A DNA stretch of 64,000 nucleotides from Octopus vulgaris (GCA_951406725.2 OX597814.1:193316001-193380000); one strand, 5' to 3'; shown: positions 13,592-27,862, counted from the first letter of the stretch. Numbers and translations are program-made. Notes: generated from the sequence alone by a model not told the origin.

Positions 13592-15783
13592 GGCGCCTAG
13601 CCTTGTGATTAGGGTGTCGTGCTCACGATCGTAAGATCATTGTTTTGATTCCAGGATTGAGCAGTGCATTGGGTTTCTGAGCAAAACTCCTGATTTCATG
13701 TTGCGTCAGTTCATTCAGCTGTAAATAAGTTCGTAGAGAAAACTGTAAAGTCTGACATGTTGTAATAGCCTCTAATACTTGTATCAGATTAATCAAATAT
13801 AACTGAACTCTTCTTAGCTTCAGCTTTTCACTCCCCATGGAGCATAGGCCGTCGGCGATTTTCTCCACTGTCCTTGACTTTGGGCTATCTTTTCTGCTTC
13901 TCCCCAGCTGGATCCATAATTTTCCTTGCAGATTCCTTTTGGATTTCACTGCACTGTGTCATGTTTCCCCCCGTGGGAAGGCCTCCCTCTTTCAGGTTTT
14001 GTTGGTTTTGAATTGTGATCAATGCTTCTGCAATTTTGCTTTTTTTCTGGATAGTGGATAGTGGTTTTGGTCCTTCGCAAAACGCATTTTTACCTCTAAG
14101 AAGAGCTAGTCCAGTTCAAAGGAGAGAAGCCAGACTAATGCCTGACCTATATCCTTTGACCTAGGGGGATATACTCCACTGGTATAGATCTCAGGGCCAT
14201 TGAGGCACCACTCAGGTCACCAGACGACAAGAACTGGACCTTGTGCTAGAAATTTAGTTGAACACACGATGTCAATTCCTTCCCATGTGATACCATTGGT
14301 CATGAGCAGACAAAGATCCACTACAACCACCACCAACACTACTATCTATAACAATATAAGCCAAAGGGGGAGTCTTTACATGGTGACTCACCTTGCTAGA
14401 AATAGCAACCATATTAAGGCGGCGAGCTGGCAGAAACGTTAGCACGCCGGGCGAAAATGCTTAGCGGTATTTCGTCTGTCTTCATGTTCTGAGTTCAAAT
14501 TCCGCCGAGGTCGACTTTGCTTTTCATTCTTTCGGATCGATAAATTAAGTACCAGTTACACACTGGGATCGATTTAATCAACTTAATCTCTTTGTCTGTC
14601 CTTGTTTGTCCCCCTCTATGTTTTGCCCCTTGTGGGCAATAAAGAAATAAGAAATAGAAACCAAATCTCCTCCAATTACACTGAACAGTCTATAAAAATG
14701 GAAATATTGGACAATGTAGTTACAGGTATACAAAAAGGCATGGTGGTCGCAGCTGTAACATATTTAATCATAAGTCTGCTTAATGAAGGCTAATCTTCGG
14801 TTATCAGCAACAATAACAACAAAAATTTTAAACAGCGCACTTCGTATCATCACACACAGGCTTATAGAAGATACCCTTAACAAGACGGGGACAGGGCTTA
14901 TCTCAAGGGCAGTCATGGCTACTTGAATCACAACATACAAGACCTTCGGCCTTCTTGTTCGTGGTCGCTCGAAAATACTCAACGCAAACAGTTTTTGCTA
15001 TTCCACTTCACTGTGACATTTTAGGTCTGATGCATGGATAAGTTATTTATGATTTCACCAGGAAGTTTATAAATTGACACCATCATCTTCACTCTTTGAC
15101 AGAGTCAACTGAGGGCCAGAATCTTAATGTACAGCCACGTGTCTGCAAGTTACCAACTAATACAAATACTGCATTATTTCTTCGTTTATCAGCACAACTA
15201 ATTCATAAATACTATTTAATACGTCGGATTAACGCCATACTATGTATAGAAATAACCCAAAGGTTATATGATTCTATTGGGTTGTCCGGAAAGTTCGTGC
15301 CGATGTTTAAAGGAGAGAATAAGGTCAATAAATACTTGCCATTACATTTTTAATCAACCAAATATGAACCATTTTGTTGCACAATGCGTCTCCATTTTTT
15401 CCTTTAACTTGAAAATACCCTCTTCCCAAAATACTATGAATTTATTTGTATCTCAGTTGATTGACTAAGATACAAATAAATTCATGAGGTAGGAGCAGTT
15501 GACTTATTAAATTATATGATGTGAGCCCTGTGTAGTTAACGAATGTTTGGGCAGTGCTAAGTTCAAAACAGTCTGATACTGTTGCTGGTGAGGGTTCGAA
15601 TTTTGTTATTACTATAGGAAGAGATGGTCAAGAGGATATTATACTGGAATAGCAGATCGTTGGGGTTGAGATCATATCCATTGAGTTGTGCTCGTTATCT
15701 GTTTCCAAATCTAATAATACACTTAGAACGTCGGATTAGCACCATACTATGTATACAAATAACCTAAAGGTTATATGATTCTA

Positions 15784-16347
15784 TTGGGTTGTCCGGAAAG
15801 TTCGTGCCGATGTTTAAAAGAAAGAATAAGGTCAATAAATACTTGCCATTACTTTTTTAATCAACCAAATATGAACCATTTTGTTGCACAATGCGTCTCC
15901 ATTTTTCCTTTAACTTGAAAATACCCTCTTCCCAGAATTGAGGTGGTTTCATGGCAAAGAATTCATCAAGGTATCTTTTTACGTCATCCAAAGAATTGAA
16001 ATTTTTACCATTAAGACTATTCTGCAGAGATCTGAATAAGTGGAAATCCGAAGGAGCAATATCTGGTGAATATAGAGGGTGGGGGTAACACATCCCAGCC
16101 GAGCTGTAGCAATTTTTGTCTGGTTCCCAAAACATCAAGTGCCGAAAATGAACTTTCTTATCTTCCATTTTAAAGGGTTACAAAATTAACACAGGTTATA
16201 GGAACATAAACCTTCTTCGAAAAGATAGCTTAAACTGTGCTCTAAATGGAGGTGTAGTCAAATCCTATTTGATGGACTCAACCATGTTCTAAAATAAGTC
16301 GAAATGTAAGCTACTATAAATCGGTACAAACTTTCCGGACAACCCAA
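15784..16347 (-). mobile_element. Internally deleted mariner element
   Basis: TIR TTGGGTTGTCCGGAAAGTT, TA TSD; ORF has HPLYSPDIAPSDFHLF (mariner YSPDLAPxD motif). Confidence 0.9.
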
Positions 16348-17530
16348 TACTTATTCTTGAGTAGTGAGTTCAGCTCTGTTGCACAGTCTGTGTCAACAAA
16401 CACTATACAGATGGCAAAATATTACGGCTACTGACTTCTTACATTACTTGTGGTTGATTTATTGAAGGCTAAAGATGAAGTGTGAAGGCGTCTAGCCTTG
16501 TGATTAGGATGTCGTGCTCACGATCGTAAGATCATTGTTTTTGATTCCAGGATTGAGCAGTGCATTGGGTTTCTGAGCATAACTCCTGACGTCAGTTCAT
16601 TCAGCAGTAAATAAGTTCGTGGAGAAACTGGGAAGTTAACCCTGCGACAGACTGGCATCCCGTTCAGGGTGGAGGAGTGTAGTGTTGTAATCTCCGTCAC
16701 TTATACTCCATGGAAACCGGATTTCTGAGTTCTAGTGATCAAGATAAACCTAACCAAACAGATAAAGTCGATCGGTTAGGATTCGAACCCCGAATGCGAA
16801 GTGATAAAACAACTCATTACAAAGTATTTAATCCATTAATCCATTCAGTCGACTAACCGCTCGCCTTAAAAAAATATTGATTTCAAATTTTGGCACAAGG
16901 ACTTAAATTTTGAGGTAGTGGATAAGTCGATTACATCCCCTCAAGTGCTCAACTTTTATTCACCCTGAAAGGATAAAACGCAAAGTCAATCTCAACAGAC
17001 AGGAAGTATTACAAACACGTAAAAGTAATGATTTGCTTGGTTCATTCATTTTACTAATTTGTGAGCAGTGGGACACGTATGTAAGGACGCGTCCTTACAT
17101 ACGTATTTCAAAGCAATAACGATTTAAATGCAGAGTCGTATGTAAATATATAAACCGTTTATTTCGTTGTAATGAAGAAAATTATGATTAAAAATTGATG
17201 AAATTCCCACCAGATTTACGTATTTCAATCTTAACTGAATCTTTTCGGTATGGAATTGAATTTTGGACCGGTTTATAAAATCAAAATAGGTACAATTCTT
17301 CTTCAAATCGAAGAGAGGTAATTGATGAGTATACTTGCTTTTCTTTTTCAAATCAGAAAGTGTCAGAGAGAGAGGAGGAAATACGAAGAGAGGGAAAGAC
17401 AGACAGACAGACAGATAGATAGACAGAGACAGGGAGACAGAGAGCCAGAGAAATAGAGTCGAAGCGAGAAACGCAGAAAGAGACGAAGAGAGAAGAGAGA
17501 CCGAGAGCAGTAGGGAGAGAGGCAGATATA

Positions 17531-18640
17531 TCTCTCTATATATAAACGGCAGTTTGTCTGACTGTGTGTCTGTCAGGTTGTACCCTCACCCTGACCACGG
17601 TTTTCAACCGATTCTGATGAAACTTGACACACGCATAGCCCAATGTCATAATTCAAAACTAACGCAGCGAAAATTTTGAAAAGTTCCCCCAGTTCTAAGA
17701 AAAACTCGATAAATTCGACATGGGGTCGAGAATCTAAGCTTTTTATATGCAACACATTTTCTGTTGTAGTTTTCGCAACTTGCAATCGATTTTCACCAAA
17801 CTCATGGTGAAGCTTAATGTTACCCTAAAAAACTTAATTCTGACGTTAGTTTTCCATGAAATACCTTACCATCAGAAAAAAATCGATAAAATCATGCCGT
17901 TTTGGGAAATCGCGTCCAAATTCAAGATGACATATTTTCGACAATATCTTTCACAAATTGGCAGGAATTATTTTTTAAATTCACAGCGAGCATCATGTCT
18001 GCTCCAAGGAGCTATATGGCCCTTTTTATTCCAATAGGATACTTTATTACTGGAAAAAATCGGTTAATTAAATCATATGTGGCACACATAGCAAATTGAT
18101 TTGTGTATTAAACACAAACCACAGACTGCCTAGGGGACGCAACTCGACCTAAACAGTGCAACGGCACATGTCTGGTTGTGAAACATTTCGCACCACATTT
18201 AATAACGGCCACAATACTTACCGATTGTGGGAAGGGAGAGGACGTCTTCATTCCATGCATGCACCTTCAACCGTCGGGCGCTGACCTACCAATCCACTTC
18301 AGGCGTTCTCAGTTTCCTGTTAAACTCTGCTTCGCAATGTCCATTAATAAATCCCAAGGCCAAACGCTACAAGTCGCTGGGTTACATTTGGGCGAACAGT
18401 GCTTCGCCCACGGTCAACACTACGTGGGCTGTTCACGCGTTGGGAGGCGCAATGATGTTTCCATGTTTTCGCCCAAAGGGACAGCTAGGAACATCGTATA
18501 CACAGAAGTATTGGAGTGAAGAGAAAACATTGCAACCTACACATGCGCCTTCGTTCCCTAGAGGGAAAGGACTAGATTGGGATTAGTCGTCGCCTACTAG
18601 GGGCTCTTACATACCCGGGCAACGCCGGGCTATGCTGCTA

Positions 18641-18641
<1 letters not shown>
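17531..18641 (+). mobile_element. Deleted Helitron retaining PIF1-like helicase C-terminus
   Basis: ORF to 18519 has QFPVKLCFAMSINKSQGQTL and HGQ.YV..SRV helicase motifs; 5' TC; 3' hairpin CCCGGGCAACGCCGGG then CTAG-T. Confidence 0.9.
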
Positions 18642-18678
<37 letters not shown>

Positions 18679-19857
18679 AATGAAGGAGACAGTGTGAGAC
18701 AGTGACAGACTGACAGAGAATTCGAAGGTGCTGAATGGGATGACAAACAAGCTAGTAGTTTTTACAAAATCTTTCTGAGAATGTAATGATAGTTGTGTGT
18801 TTCCTCATACATCAGGAGCAGACGATTTATCAACCATAAATAATCGTCTGGACAAATTTTCTTCTTTTTTTTTTTATCTGAGAAATCAGATGAACTCATA
18901 TCGCGGCAGGAGACATAAAGAAGAGCAACACCATCAAACTCGCTACTTCACCAGAAACTGTATGAAAAACAAACCCAAACACTCCGAAAGGCATTGCTCC
19001 AGCATAACCTCAGTTTCTGGCTGAAACCAATAAAACAAAAATATAAAGCAATCCACCAATGCTTATTTTGCCAATTCCCACATGACTAAACGCACAGCCA
19101 ACCCCGATGAAATTTGAACCCCAAATCAAGAGACACACATTTTAAAAAACGAAATCAGTTTAGTCCAGTGCCCTGTCTCACACACATATGTCCAATGTTT
19201 TGAGTGAATAAAATTAATGAGTAGATATCAAGTTTTTCACCTTTCTGAATTCTTGTAACACGGGTGCAGTCTTATGGCCGAGTGGTTATGAAGCTTGGGT
19301 AACAATCGCGAGGTCCAAGGTTCGATCCAATTGTGTAGCATCTTGAGTGTTTATATTTGACCATAGCCTCTGATTGATCCTAGTCTTGAGTGGAAACTGT
19401 GTGGAAGCCCAGCGGATGAACTGTAGCCGTCATTCAAAGGGCCACGTCTGTGTAACACTGATTCTTCGTGTTGATTTATGTGATGGTTCATATGACTGTG
19501 GAGTACTCAGCCACTTATATTGCAATCCAATTGTAGATGGTTCATTTAATCGAACAACTGGAATGTTAATCGTCGAAACAGACGGAAGATCCCTTTGCTC
19601 TACTTCTTTTCTTCCTATAATTATTTTCATTCAAAATAAATTTAACGTAAATCAACGATTATCAGCTTAAATCGATAATCCACGCACGAGTTAACGGAAT
19701 AGTTGCTGTGTGGTGAGAAGCTTGCTTCTCAATCACATGAATCCGGGTTCAGTTCCACCTCGTGGCACCCTTGGGCAAGTGTCTTCTACTATAGTCTCGG
19801 GCAGACCAAAGCCTTGTGAGTGAATTTGGATGACGGAAACTAAAAGAAACCTGTCAT

Positions 19858-20056
<199 letters not shown>

Positions 20057-20170
20057 ATGTGTGTGTATACCGGAGTAAGCACATAAATGTGAAACAAAGT
20101 GGAAAAAAGAGTGCTCAAATACCAGAGGTAGAGTAATATGCTTTATTTAAAAGCAGCAGAAATATAACAA

Positions 20171-20214
20171 AAGCTGTTACTCAGAGTTTCACGTTCCCGT
20201 TCGTCAGACAGCTT
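20171..20214 (-). ncRNA. Minimal type I hammerhead ribozyme candidate
   Basis: Minus: AAGCTGT-CTGACGA-ACG(GGAA)CGT-GAAACT(CTG)AGTA-ACAGCTT; intact core, 7-bp stem I, GUA cleavage triplet. Confidence 0.75.
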
Positions 20215-20322
20215 CTTTTTTTTTAACAAAACCGTCCGATGAACGGGAACGTGGAATTCTGAGTAACAGCTTTTGTTATATTTCTGCTGCTTTTAAATAA
20301 AGTATATATATATATATATATA

Positions 20323-21188
20323 TAGGGTGCGATGGGCAAAACTGTTGCCATTTTATATACTTTGAATTTTGCGCATGCGCTTTGTTTGTTTTTGATTTTG
20401 TCGACTACACAGCATAGTATGATCAGTTGTGCATCGTCTGTGAGAAAAGTAGCACCATGACACAATTCGCTCTGCCCAGAAATTTGGAAACGGCATGCTG
20501 TACTGCTTGGTATTCGCGCCAGAAGCTCCAATACGAACATTGCAGAGTGTTTGGGTGTCAATCTGAGGACACGTACTGAGAGTGACAAAAATCAAACAGC
20601 CAGTCAACATCGTGGTGTGTGGAGTGAACAGTAGTGATGGTGATGTTATACCACCATTCATCTTCCCACACAGCCTCAGACTCAACACAGAGGCATACAT
20701 CAAGTGCCTGGAGGAGGAAGAAAATGCTGCCCTGGGTCAGGAGGGTGGCTGCTGGAAGACCCTATGTCTGGCAACAGGACTCTGCACCATGCCACACAAG
20801 CTGGAGAGCCTAGTCATGGCCATCAGATAATTTCTGCAACCACATCGCCCCTAACATCTGGCCACCTAACTCCCCAGACTGCAACCCCGTTGATTATTAT
20901 GTGTGGGGTGCAGTTAAGCGAGAGACCAACAAAACTCCTTGTAACACCAAAGTTGAACTGAAGGCAAGGATTATGGCAGCATTGACCAACTTAAAGAAAG
21001 TGACCGTCCAGAAGAGTTGCAGGAGACACCGAAGTCGTTTGGAAGCCAATGGCGATTTTACTGAATAAATGTACTCTTTTGTACTTCAAGATATTTTTAT
21101 GTAATTTTGGTAAATATATCTGTTAAAATGAGGTGTCAGTGCTTTTTCATTTTTGCATAATTTAGACGACAGTTTATTCACCGCACTG
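20323..21188 (+). mobile_element. Degenerate Tc1/mariner-superfamily element (maT/DD37D-like)
   Basis: Frameshifted transposase pieces PPFIFP..LRLN...YI, WQQDSAPCH, WPPNSPDCNP.DYYVW; degenerate TIRs. Confidence 0.75.
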
Positions 21189-21298
21189 TTTGTGTGTGTG
21201 TATGTGTATGTATGTGTGTGTGCGTGCGTGTATGTGTGCGCGCGCGCGTACGCGCGTGATGCATGCTTGCATGTATGTGTGTGTGAGTGTGTACGAGC

Positions 21299-21332
<34 letters not shown>

Positions 21333-23257
21333 GGGGATGTATGTGTGTGTATGTGTATGTACGTACGTGCGTGTGTGTGTGTGTGTGTTTGTGTTTGTCA
21401 CCTACCACTACTTGACAACAGGTGTTGGTGTGTTTACATCCCCGTAACCTAGGGGTCCAGCAAAAGCGTCCGATAGAATAAGTACTGGGCTTTAAAAAAG
21501 TCGAATTATTCGACCAAAACCTTTCAAGACAGTGCCCCAGCATGGCCGCAGTCGACTGAAATAGGTAAAAGAAGATAAAAGAAAAGGTTTATTAACCCAT
21601 TACAAATTCCACCGAAGTCGGAGATCGGGTTTTTTATCCTTTTTGAGGTCAATAAAATAAAGTTGAGCACCTGAGATCGATGTAATCGACTTCCCCCTCC
21701 CCTCAAAATTTCTGGCGTTGGGCTGAAATTAGACAAAAATATTTATCCACTCACTTAAAGCCTTGTTTTGGTGGTGGTGGTGGGGCTGTTGTTTTTTTTT
21801 CAGTCGTAATTTGTTTTGCCAGAAAATCAGAGCAACCTGTAGAGGCGCAATGGCCTAGTGGTTAGGGCAGCGGACTCGCGGTCGCAGGATCGCGGTTTCG
21901 ATTCTCAGACCGGGCGTTGTGTGTGTTTATTGAGCGAAAACACCTAAAAGCTCTACGAGGCTCCGGCAGGGGGTGGTGATCCCTGCTGTACTCTTTCACC
22001 ACAATGGCGGTGCCCCAGCATGGCCACAGCTCAAGAGTTGAAACTGGAAAAACAAAAACAAAACAAAAAACCTACCGGCAAGGTGTAAATTTGTCAAGGG
22101 AGATTACTCCGCATTCGTAGCACGAGTTACTTTCCTTGGATTTGCTCATCTCGCCCTCCAGCATTGAAAGGGAGAGAGCGCGAGTGTGTTATACGGCTGC
22201 AGCACGAGATGACAGCGTGTAGTGAAAAGACATGGGTCTGTGTGAGGCTCCCGACACTCAGGCCAAGGGGATGAGTAAACACCCCGAAAAATATTTTAAA
22301 TGTGACGTTTTACAAATAATAATCTTTTACAGTGATCGGTCAACAACATCACGATGATGCGAGATCGTATTGAGTGCTGAGCGTGAAGCAGGATCTCCTG
22401 TATCGTTCGTTACTCCGCCTTCAACGAATGTGAGGAATCCATTGAAGATCGTTCTTGAGAGGTTTAATAACTTCTTAAAGAGGGACTCAATACTTTCTGA
22501 GTGATGTTATTTTTTTACAGCGGTGGTGCCCCAGCATGGCCGCGGCCTTCGGCCTAAAACATTTTTAAGGATTTAATGATATATAAAATCAAAGCATAAC
22601 TCAGTAAGCAGCATCAATAGTGATGCTCAGTCGATTAGATCGATCCCAGTACTCAACTGGTGCTTAATTTATCGACCCTGAAAGGATGAAAGGCAAAGTT
22701 GACCTCGGCGAAATTTGAACTCAGAACGTAGCGGCAGACGAAATACCTATTTCTTTACTACCCAGAAGGGGCTAAACACAAAGAGGACAAAGTCGACCTC
22801 AGCGGAATTTGAACTCAGAACGTAACGGCAGACGAAATACCGTTAAGCATTTCGCACGAGGTGCTAACGTTTCTTATTTCTTTATTGCCCACAAGGGGCT
22901 AAACATGGGTTCATCTGTAGGCTCATCTGTAGGCTTGGAGAAGGTGTTTTCTTCCTTTGAAATACTACAAGATCAGTCATTCGGTGTTGCCTCGCCACAA
23001 ACAAGGCTCTCTGATAGCAATGATCAATTAAACCGCATGGGAGAAGATTATCGATACAGAATACAAGTAATCTTTTGCCAAATATTCCTGTGGGGTATAA
23101 CGCGATCATAAACACCCTTGTTAGTGTGCTGAAAACAACCATGCTACGTCATCAATGAAAAGGGAATCAACATCAAGGTAACACCGTGTGGTTTCCGCAT
23201 GGAGGGCGGGAAAAGACAAAGCGAAAGTATTGACGATAAAAATTAAGGCACAGGAAG

Positions 23258-24037
23258 GCGGCGAGCTGGCAGAAACGTTAGCACGCCGGGCAAAATGCGT
23301 AGCCGTATTTTGTCTGCCGCTACGTTCTGAGTTCAAATTCCGCCGAGGTTGACTTTGCCTTTCATCCTTCGGGGTCGATAAATTAAGTACCAGTTACGCA
23401 CTGGGGTCGATGTAATCGACTTCATCCGTTTGTCTGTCCTTGTTTGTCCCCTCTATGTTTAGCCCCTTGTGGGTAGTAAAGAAATAGGTATTTCGTCTGT
23501 CTTTACGTTCTGAGTTCAAATTCCGCCGAGGTTGACTTTGCTTTTCATCCTTTCGGGGTCAATAAATTAAGTACCAGTTACGCACTGCGGTCGATATAAT
23601 CGACTTAATCCGTTTGTCTGTCCTTGTTTGTTCCCTCTGTGTTTAGCCCCTTGTGGGTAGTAAAGAAATAGGTATTTCGTCTGTCTTTACGTTCTGAGTT
23701 CAAATTCCACCGAGGTTGACTTTGCCTTTCATCCTTTCGGGGTCGATAAATTAAGTACCAGTTACACACTGGGGTCGATATAATCGACTTAATCCGATTG
23801 TTTGTCCTTGTTTGTCCCCTCTATGTTTAGCCCCTTGTGGGTAGTAAAGAAATAGGTATTTCGTCTGTCTTTACGTTCTGAGTTCAAATTCCACCGAGGT
23901 TGACTTTGCCTTTCATCCTTTCGGGGTCGATAAATTAAGTACCAGTTACGCACTGCGGTCGATATAATCGACTTAATCCGTTTGTCTGTCCTTGTTTGTT
24001 CCCTCTGTGTTTAGCCCCTTGTGGGTAATAAAGAAAC
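23258..24037 (+). mobile_element. SINE tetramer (184-bp internal period)
   Basis: Units restart at 23489, 23673 and 23857; flanked by ATAAAAATTAAGGC(A/G)CAG at 23236 and 24040. Confidence 0.9.
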
Positions 24038-24351
24038 ATATAAAAATTAAGGCGCAGACTTCTGAATGATTCTGAATGAAACTAATGGCTGGGATATACC
24101 GATGAATTTGTGCAAAGAGCTCATGTTCTCAAGCCGTATTGCACTAACGAAGCAGCGTATCAGTATTTACTGTAGATCATTGTTGACGACAAACACAAAT
24201 CCTATTTGTTCAATTGATTGTTTTAAGGGAAGACAATAAAGAGTGAGTACATGAAAGGAAAGCTCTAATGTGTGAGGGACTTAATTGAGTTATTTGAAAC
24301 ACGAGGATGGAGAGATTAGAGTGCATCCAGCAGGGGTGATTAATCCTGGTA

Positions 24352-24878
24352 TCTCTCTATACATAAACGGCAAAATGTCTGTCTGTGTGTGTGTGCGTGT
24401 CCTTTATACAAATCCACAATTTTTCAGTTAGAGGGCTCGCACTTTCTATGGTCATTCAAAACCGTCCAAGGGTGGTCATGCACATCTTTACATTTCCCCA
24501 GTCACCCCACAAAGCCATTGAAAAAATCAATAGAAGTGACTTTTTGTGAATTTTCTATCCAAAACCCAATCAAAATGCCCGAAACTTGATACGCCAATTG
24601 AATGCCAGTTAGCTGTATGTGATTGGTCGGAAATTTGGACAGTACTCGCGTGTATGTGCGCACGCACGCACGCAGCTGTATATGCATGCACTAGCATTAT
24701 GATCCGGCGTTGCTGGGTCATAGTGCTTAGTTTAACTTTAAAAGGGCAGGAGACACGTAGTTGGTAAACCATAGAAAGAAACAATGAACGGTCATCGTAA
24801 ACATGACGGAAACATGCGAAAGAAAGAAAAGAAAACAAAGTATTTGTTTTGATTTTTAGAATAGCTGATATATAGAGA
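24352..24878. mobile_element. Two Helitron fragments in opposite orientation
   Basis: 5' TCTCTCTATACATAAACGGCA resembles the 17531 start; minus-strand CTAG plus hairpin end at 24691. Confidence 0.55.
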
Positions 24879-26469
24879 AGGTGACTGCGGTTTTCCTGTT
24901 GTAACAGAATGGATCATGAGAGGGAAGAAAAACGTACTTAAATGTGAGTCTACATAAGGTGAATATTCCCTTAAAGCATGAATGCTGTTCAGCACCGAAC
25001 AGGTATAGATGTAATAATGTAGTGTCCCAGCATGGCCACAGCTCATGAGCTGAAACTAGAATCAATCAATCAATCAATCAATGGAATTTTTGGCAATCAG
25101 ATTTGTCTGTGCATGATGAGCTCTATAAACATTTTCTTCGTCTTTACGGAGCTTCTATCATACATTGATGTAAGTGAATCTTATGTCGAGAATATGATTG
25201 GCCTCGTCCTTTCCAAATGTCCTTGGACATTCTTTGATTATCAAAATATACAATAGATTTTGAAGCTGTTCAATAACCTAATTTTTGTCTCATGATAGTC
25301 ATCTACGTTTTGACTGCCATATGTATATGCTAATATACCTTTTCCTTGTTTCAACCAGTGGAGTACGACCATGCTGGAGTACGACCCTGAAGGGTTTTAT
25401 CAAACAAATCGAGGCGGAGGTCTGGAATAGCTCACCCATAAATGTTGGATTTTCTCCTTTTTAACAGGGATTTTTCAATTTTTTTTTCTCCACACACTTC
25501 AAAAGCTTTTCTATGAAAGAAATGTTTCAAAAATTTATGACTCCATCCTTTCAGGGTCGGCAAAATAGGCGCCTGTCAAGCAACTGGAGTCAATGAAATG
25601 GACTTCCCATTTCCCCGAAATTACTGGCATTACGCCAAAATTTTAAGCCATTATTACGTGAAGGCACGTGGCCTAGTGGTTAGAGTGTTGCACTCACTAT
25701 CTCTAGATCATGGGTTCCATTCATGGACTGAGCAGTGCGTTGAGTTCTTGAGCAAGACACTTCATTCCACGTTGCTCTGCGACCATTTCGACATCTGATT
25801 TGTGGCACACAGTGCACTTGTCAAGACAACATCGTTTTGATGGAAGAAGTGGGCTTAATTTACAGCACACACATTTGATCACTATAAAGAAATCATTTGT
25901 GCTGGTCGTTCGGCAAAAGCTGAACGCACATACGTCATCTTCAGCAGGTGAGTCCATCATTATTATTATTACTGATAGAAAGGCGGCGATCTGGCAGAAA
26001 CGTTAAGCACGCTGGACGAAATGCGTAGCCGTATTTCGTCTGCCGTTACGTTCTGAGTTCAAATTCCGCCAAGGTCGACTTTGCCTTTCATCCTTTCGGG
26101 GTCGATAAATTAAGTGCCAGTTACGCACTGGGGTCAATGTAATCGACTTAATCCGTGTGTCTGTCCTTGTTTGTCCTCTCTGTGTTTAGCCCCTTGTGGG
26201 TAGTAGAAAAATAGGTATTTCTTCTTCGTTCTGAGTTCAAATTCCATCGAGGTCGATTTTGCTTTCCATCCTTTTTCGGGGCGATATATTAAGTACCAGT
26301 AAAACACTGGGGTTGTTGTAATCGATTAGACCCCCCTCCACATATTTCAACCCTTGTGCCTACAGTAGAAAGGATTATGATCACTGATAGAATACATTTT
26401 CAAAACTCGGAGGGTAAAAGAGTGAGAGAAAAAAAGCTTCAAAGACAGAGAGAGAAAAAAATAATAATA

Positions 26470-26838
26470 AACAAGACCACTCAAAGAGTGAAAACCTCCA
26501 CCAAGGCAACACCAACGTCCTCTCAAAGATTAGCCAGAGATGATTTTTAAAATGAGAATATCTGAAATTAATTCTACTGCTCTCACAAATGAGAATACTA
26601 AAAATTAACCAGACCGCTCTCAAAAATTAAGTAAAAATCGGAAAAATAATCCAGAATCCTTGTCCGGTACCGGATCAGTCCGAAAATCTAATCAATTCGT
26701 GCCAGTCACGAGGCAAAACATCCCTGAAAGTTTCATTCGAATCCATCCAGCGGTTCTTGAGATATCTTGTCCATGGAAAACAAACAAACAAACGCAACTG
26801 AAAACAATACCTCTGCCTTCACTAAGGCAGAGGTAATA
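26470..26838 (+). mobile_element. Helentron/DINE-like non-autonomous element
   Basis: Terminal hairpin TACCTCTGCCTT-CACT-AAGGCAGAGGTA plus related internal ACCTCCACCAAGG motif. Confidence 0.45.
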
Positions 26839-26958
26839 AAGTTTGCGAAAATAAAAAATGGTACGCTTTACTACGCTGGCCTGACATGTATCATTTTGTG
26901 ACAGTGTTGAAAAGAAATTCATAAAAACGGGGTGAATATGGTATCACTATTGAAATTG

Positions 26959-26998
<40 letters not shown>

Positions 26999-27554
26999 GA
27001 AAAATATTACGTTTAATTTTCTGAATTTTCAAAAAGTTATCATGAAAATCTCCCCCCGCCCCACTCACTTTGAAGTGTATGGTGAGAAGCAATTTGAAAG
27101 ATCCCTGTTAAAAAGGAGAAAATCCGACAATTTTCATATCTTCGTCCACATCGACCCTGGTACTTATTTTTCTAAACTTTGGTGCTTGTGCTATCGATTT
27201 CTTTTAGCAAGCCGCTAGGTCACGGGAACGAAAGCAAACCAACATCGCTTGTCAAGCGGTGGGATTGGGCAAATACACACATACACACACACACAAACAC
27301 ACACACACACACACACGCACATACACACACACATATATACACACACGCACACATAATGAAAATCGGTGATTGAGGTTTTCTTAATATTTTTCTTATGCTG
27401 TATCAAGTTCATATCACAAAAGCCTTTAAAGAGGAAAATGTGAACGAAATAGTTTCCAAGAAGCAAAATATTAACGGGAGTGGAAATTATATACACATCC
27501 GCACAGACACTAAGACATACGTATATGCATACATTTCTAAATACATACATACAT

Positions 27555-27587
<33 letters not shown>

Positions 27588-27862
27588 TAGATAGATAGAT
27601 AAATAGATAGATAGATAAGTTTCTTTATTGGCCACACAGGGCTGCACACAGATGAGACAAGTTACAAGGTAGAGCTTTTCTTTTGGGGGATGAAAAAAAC
27701 AAAAAACAAAAGAAACAAAAAAAAGGGGGTGGCGTAGGTTTTCGATCAAGAGGGATCGTAAAAGGGAAGAAAAGAACAAAAAATAAATAAATAAATAAAT
27801 AAAATAAAATAAAAAAGAAAAAAGAAAAATAAAAAAAGAAAAGGAAAAGGAACAAAAGAAAA

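Noticed and set aside
23258-24037. CRISPR-like regular array
   Set aside because: Whole units repeat with no unique spacers; no cas genes; eukaryotic context
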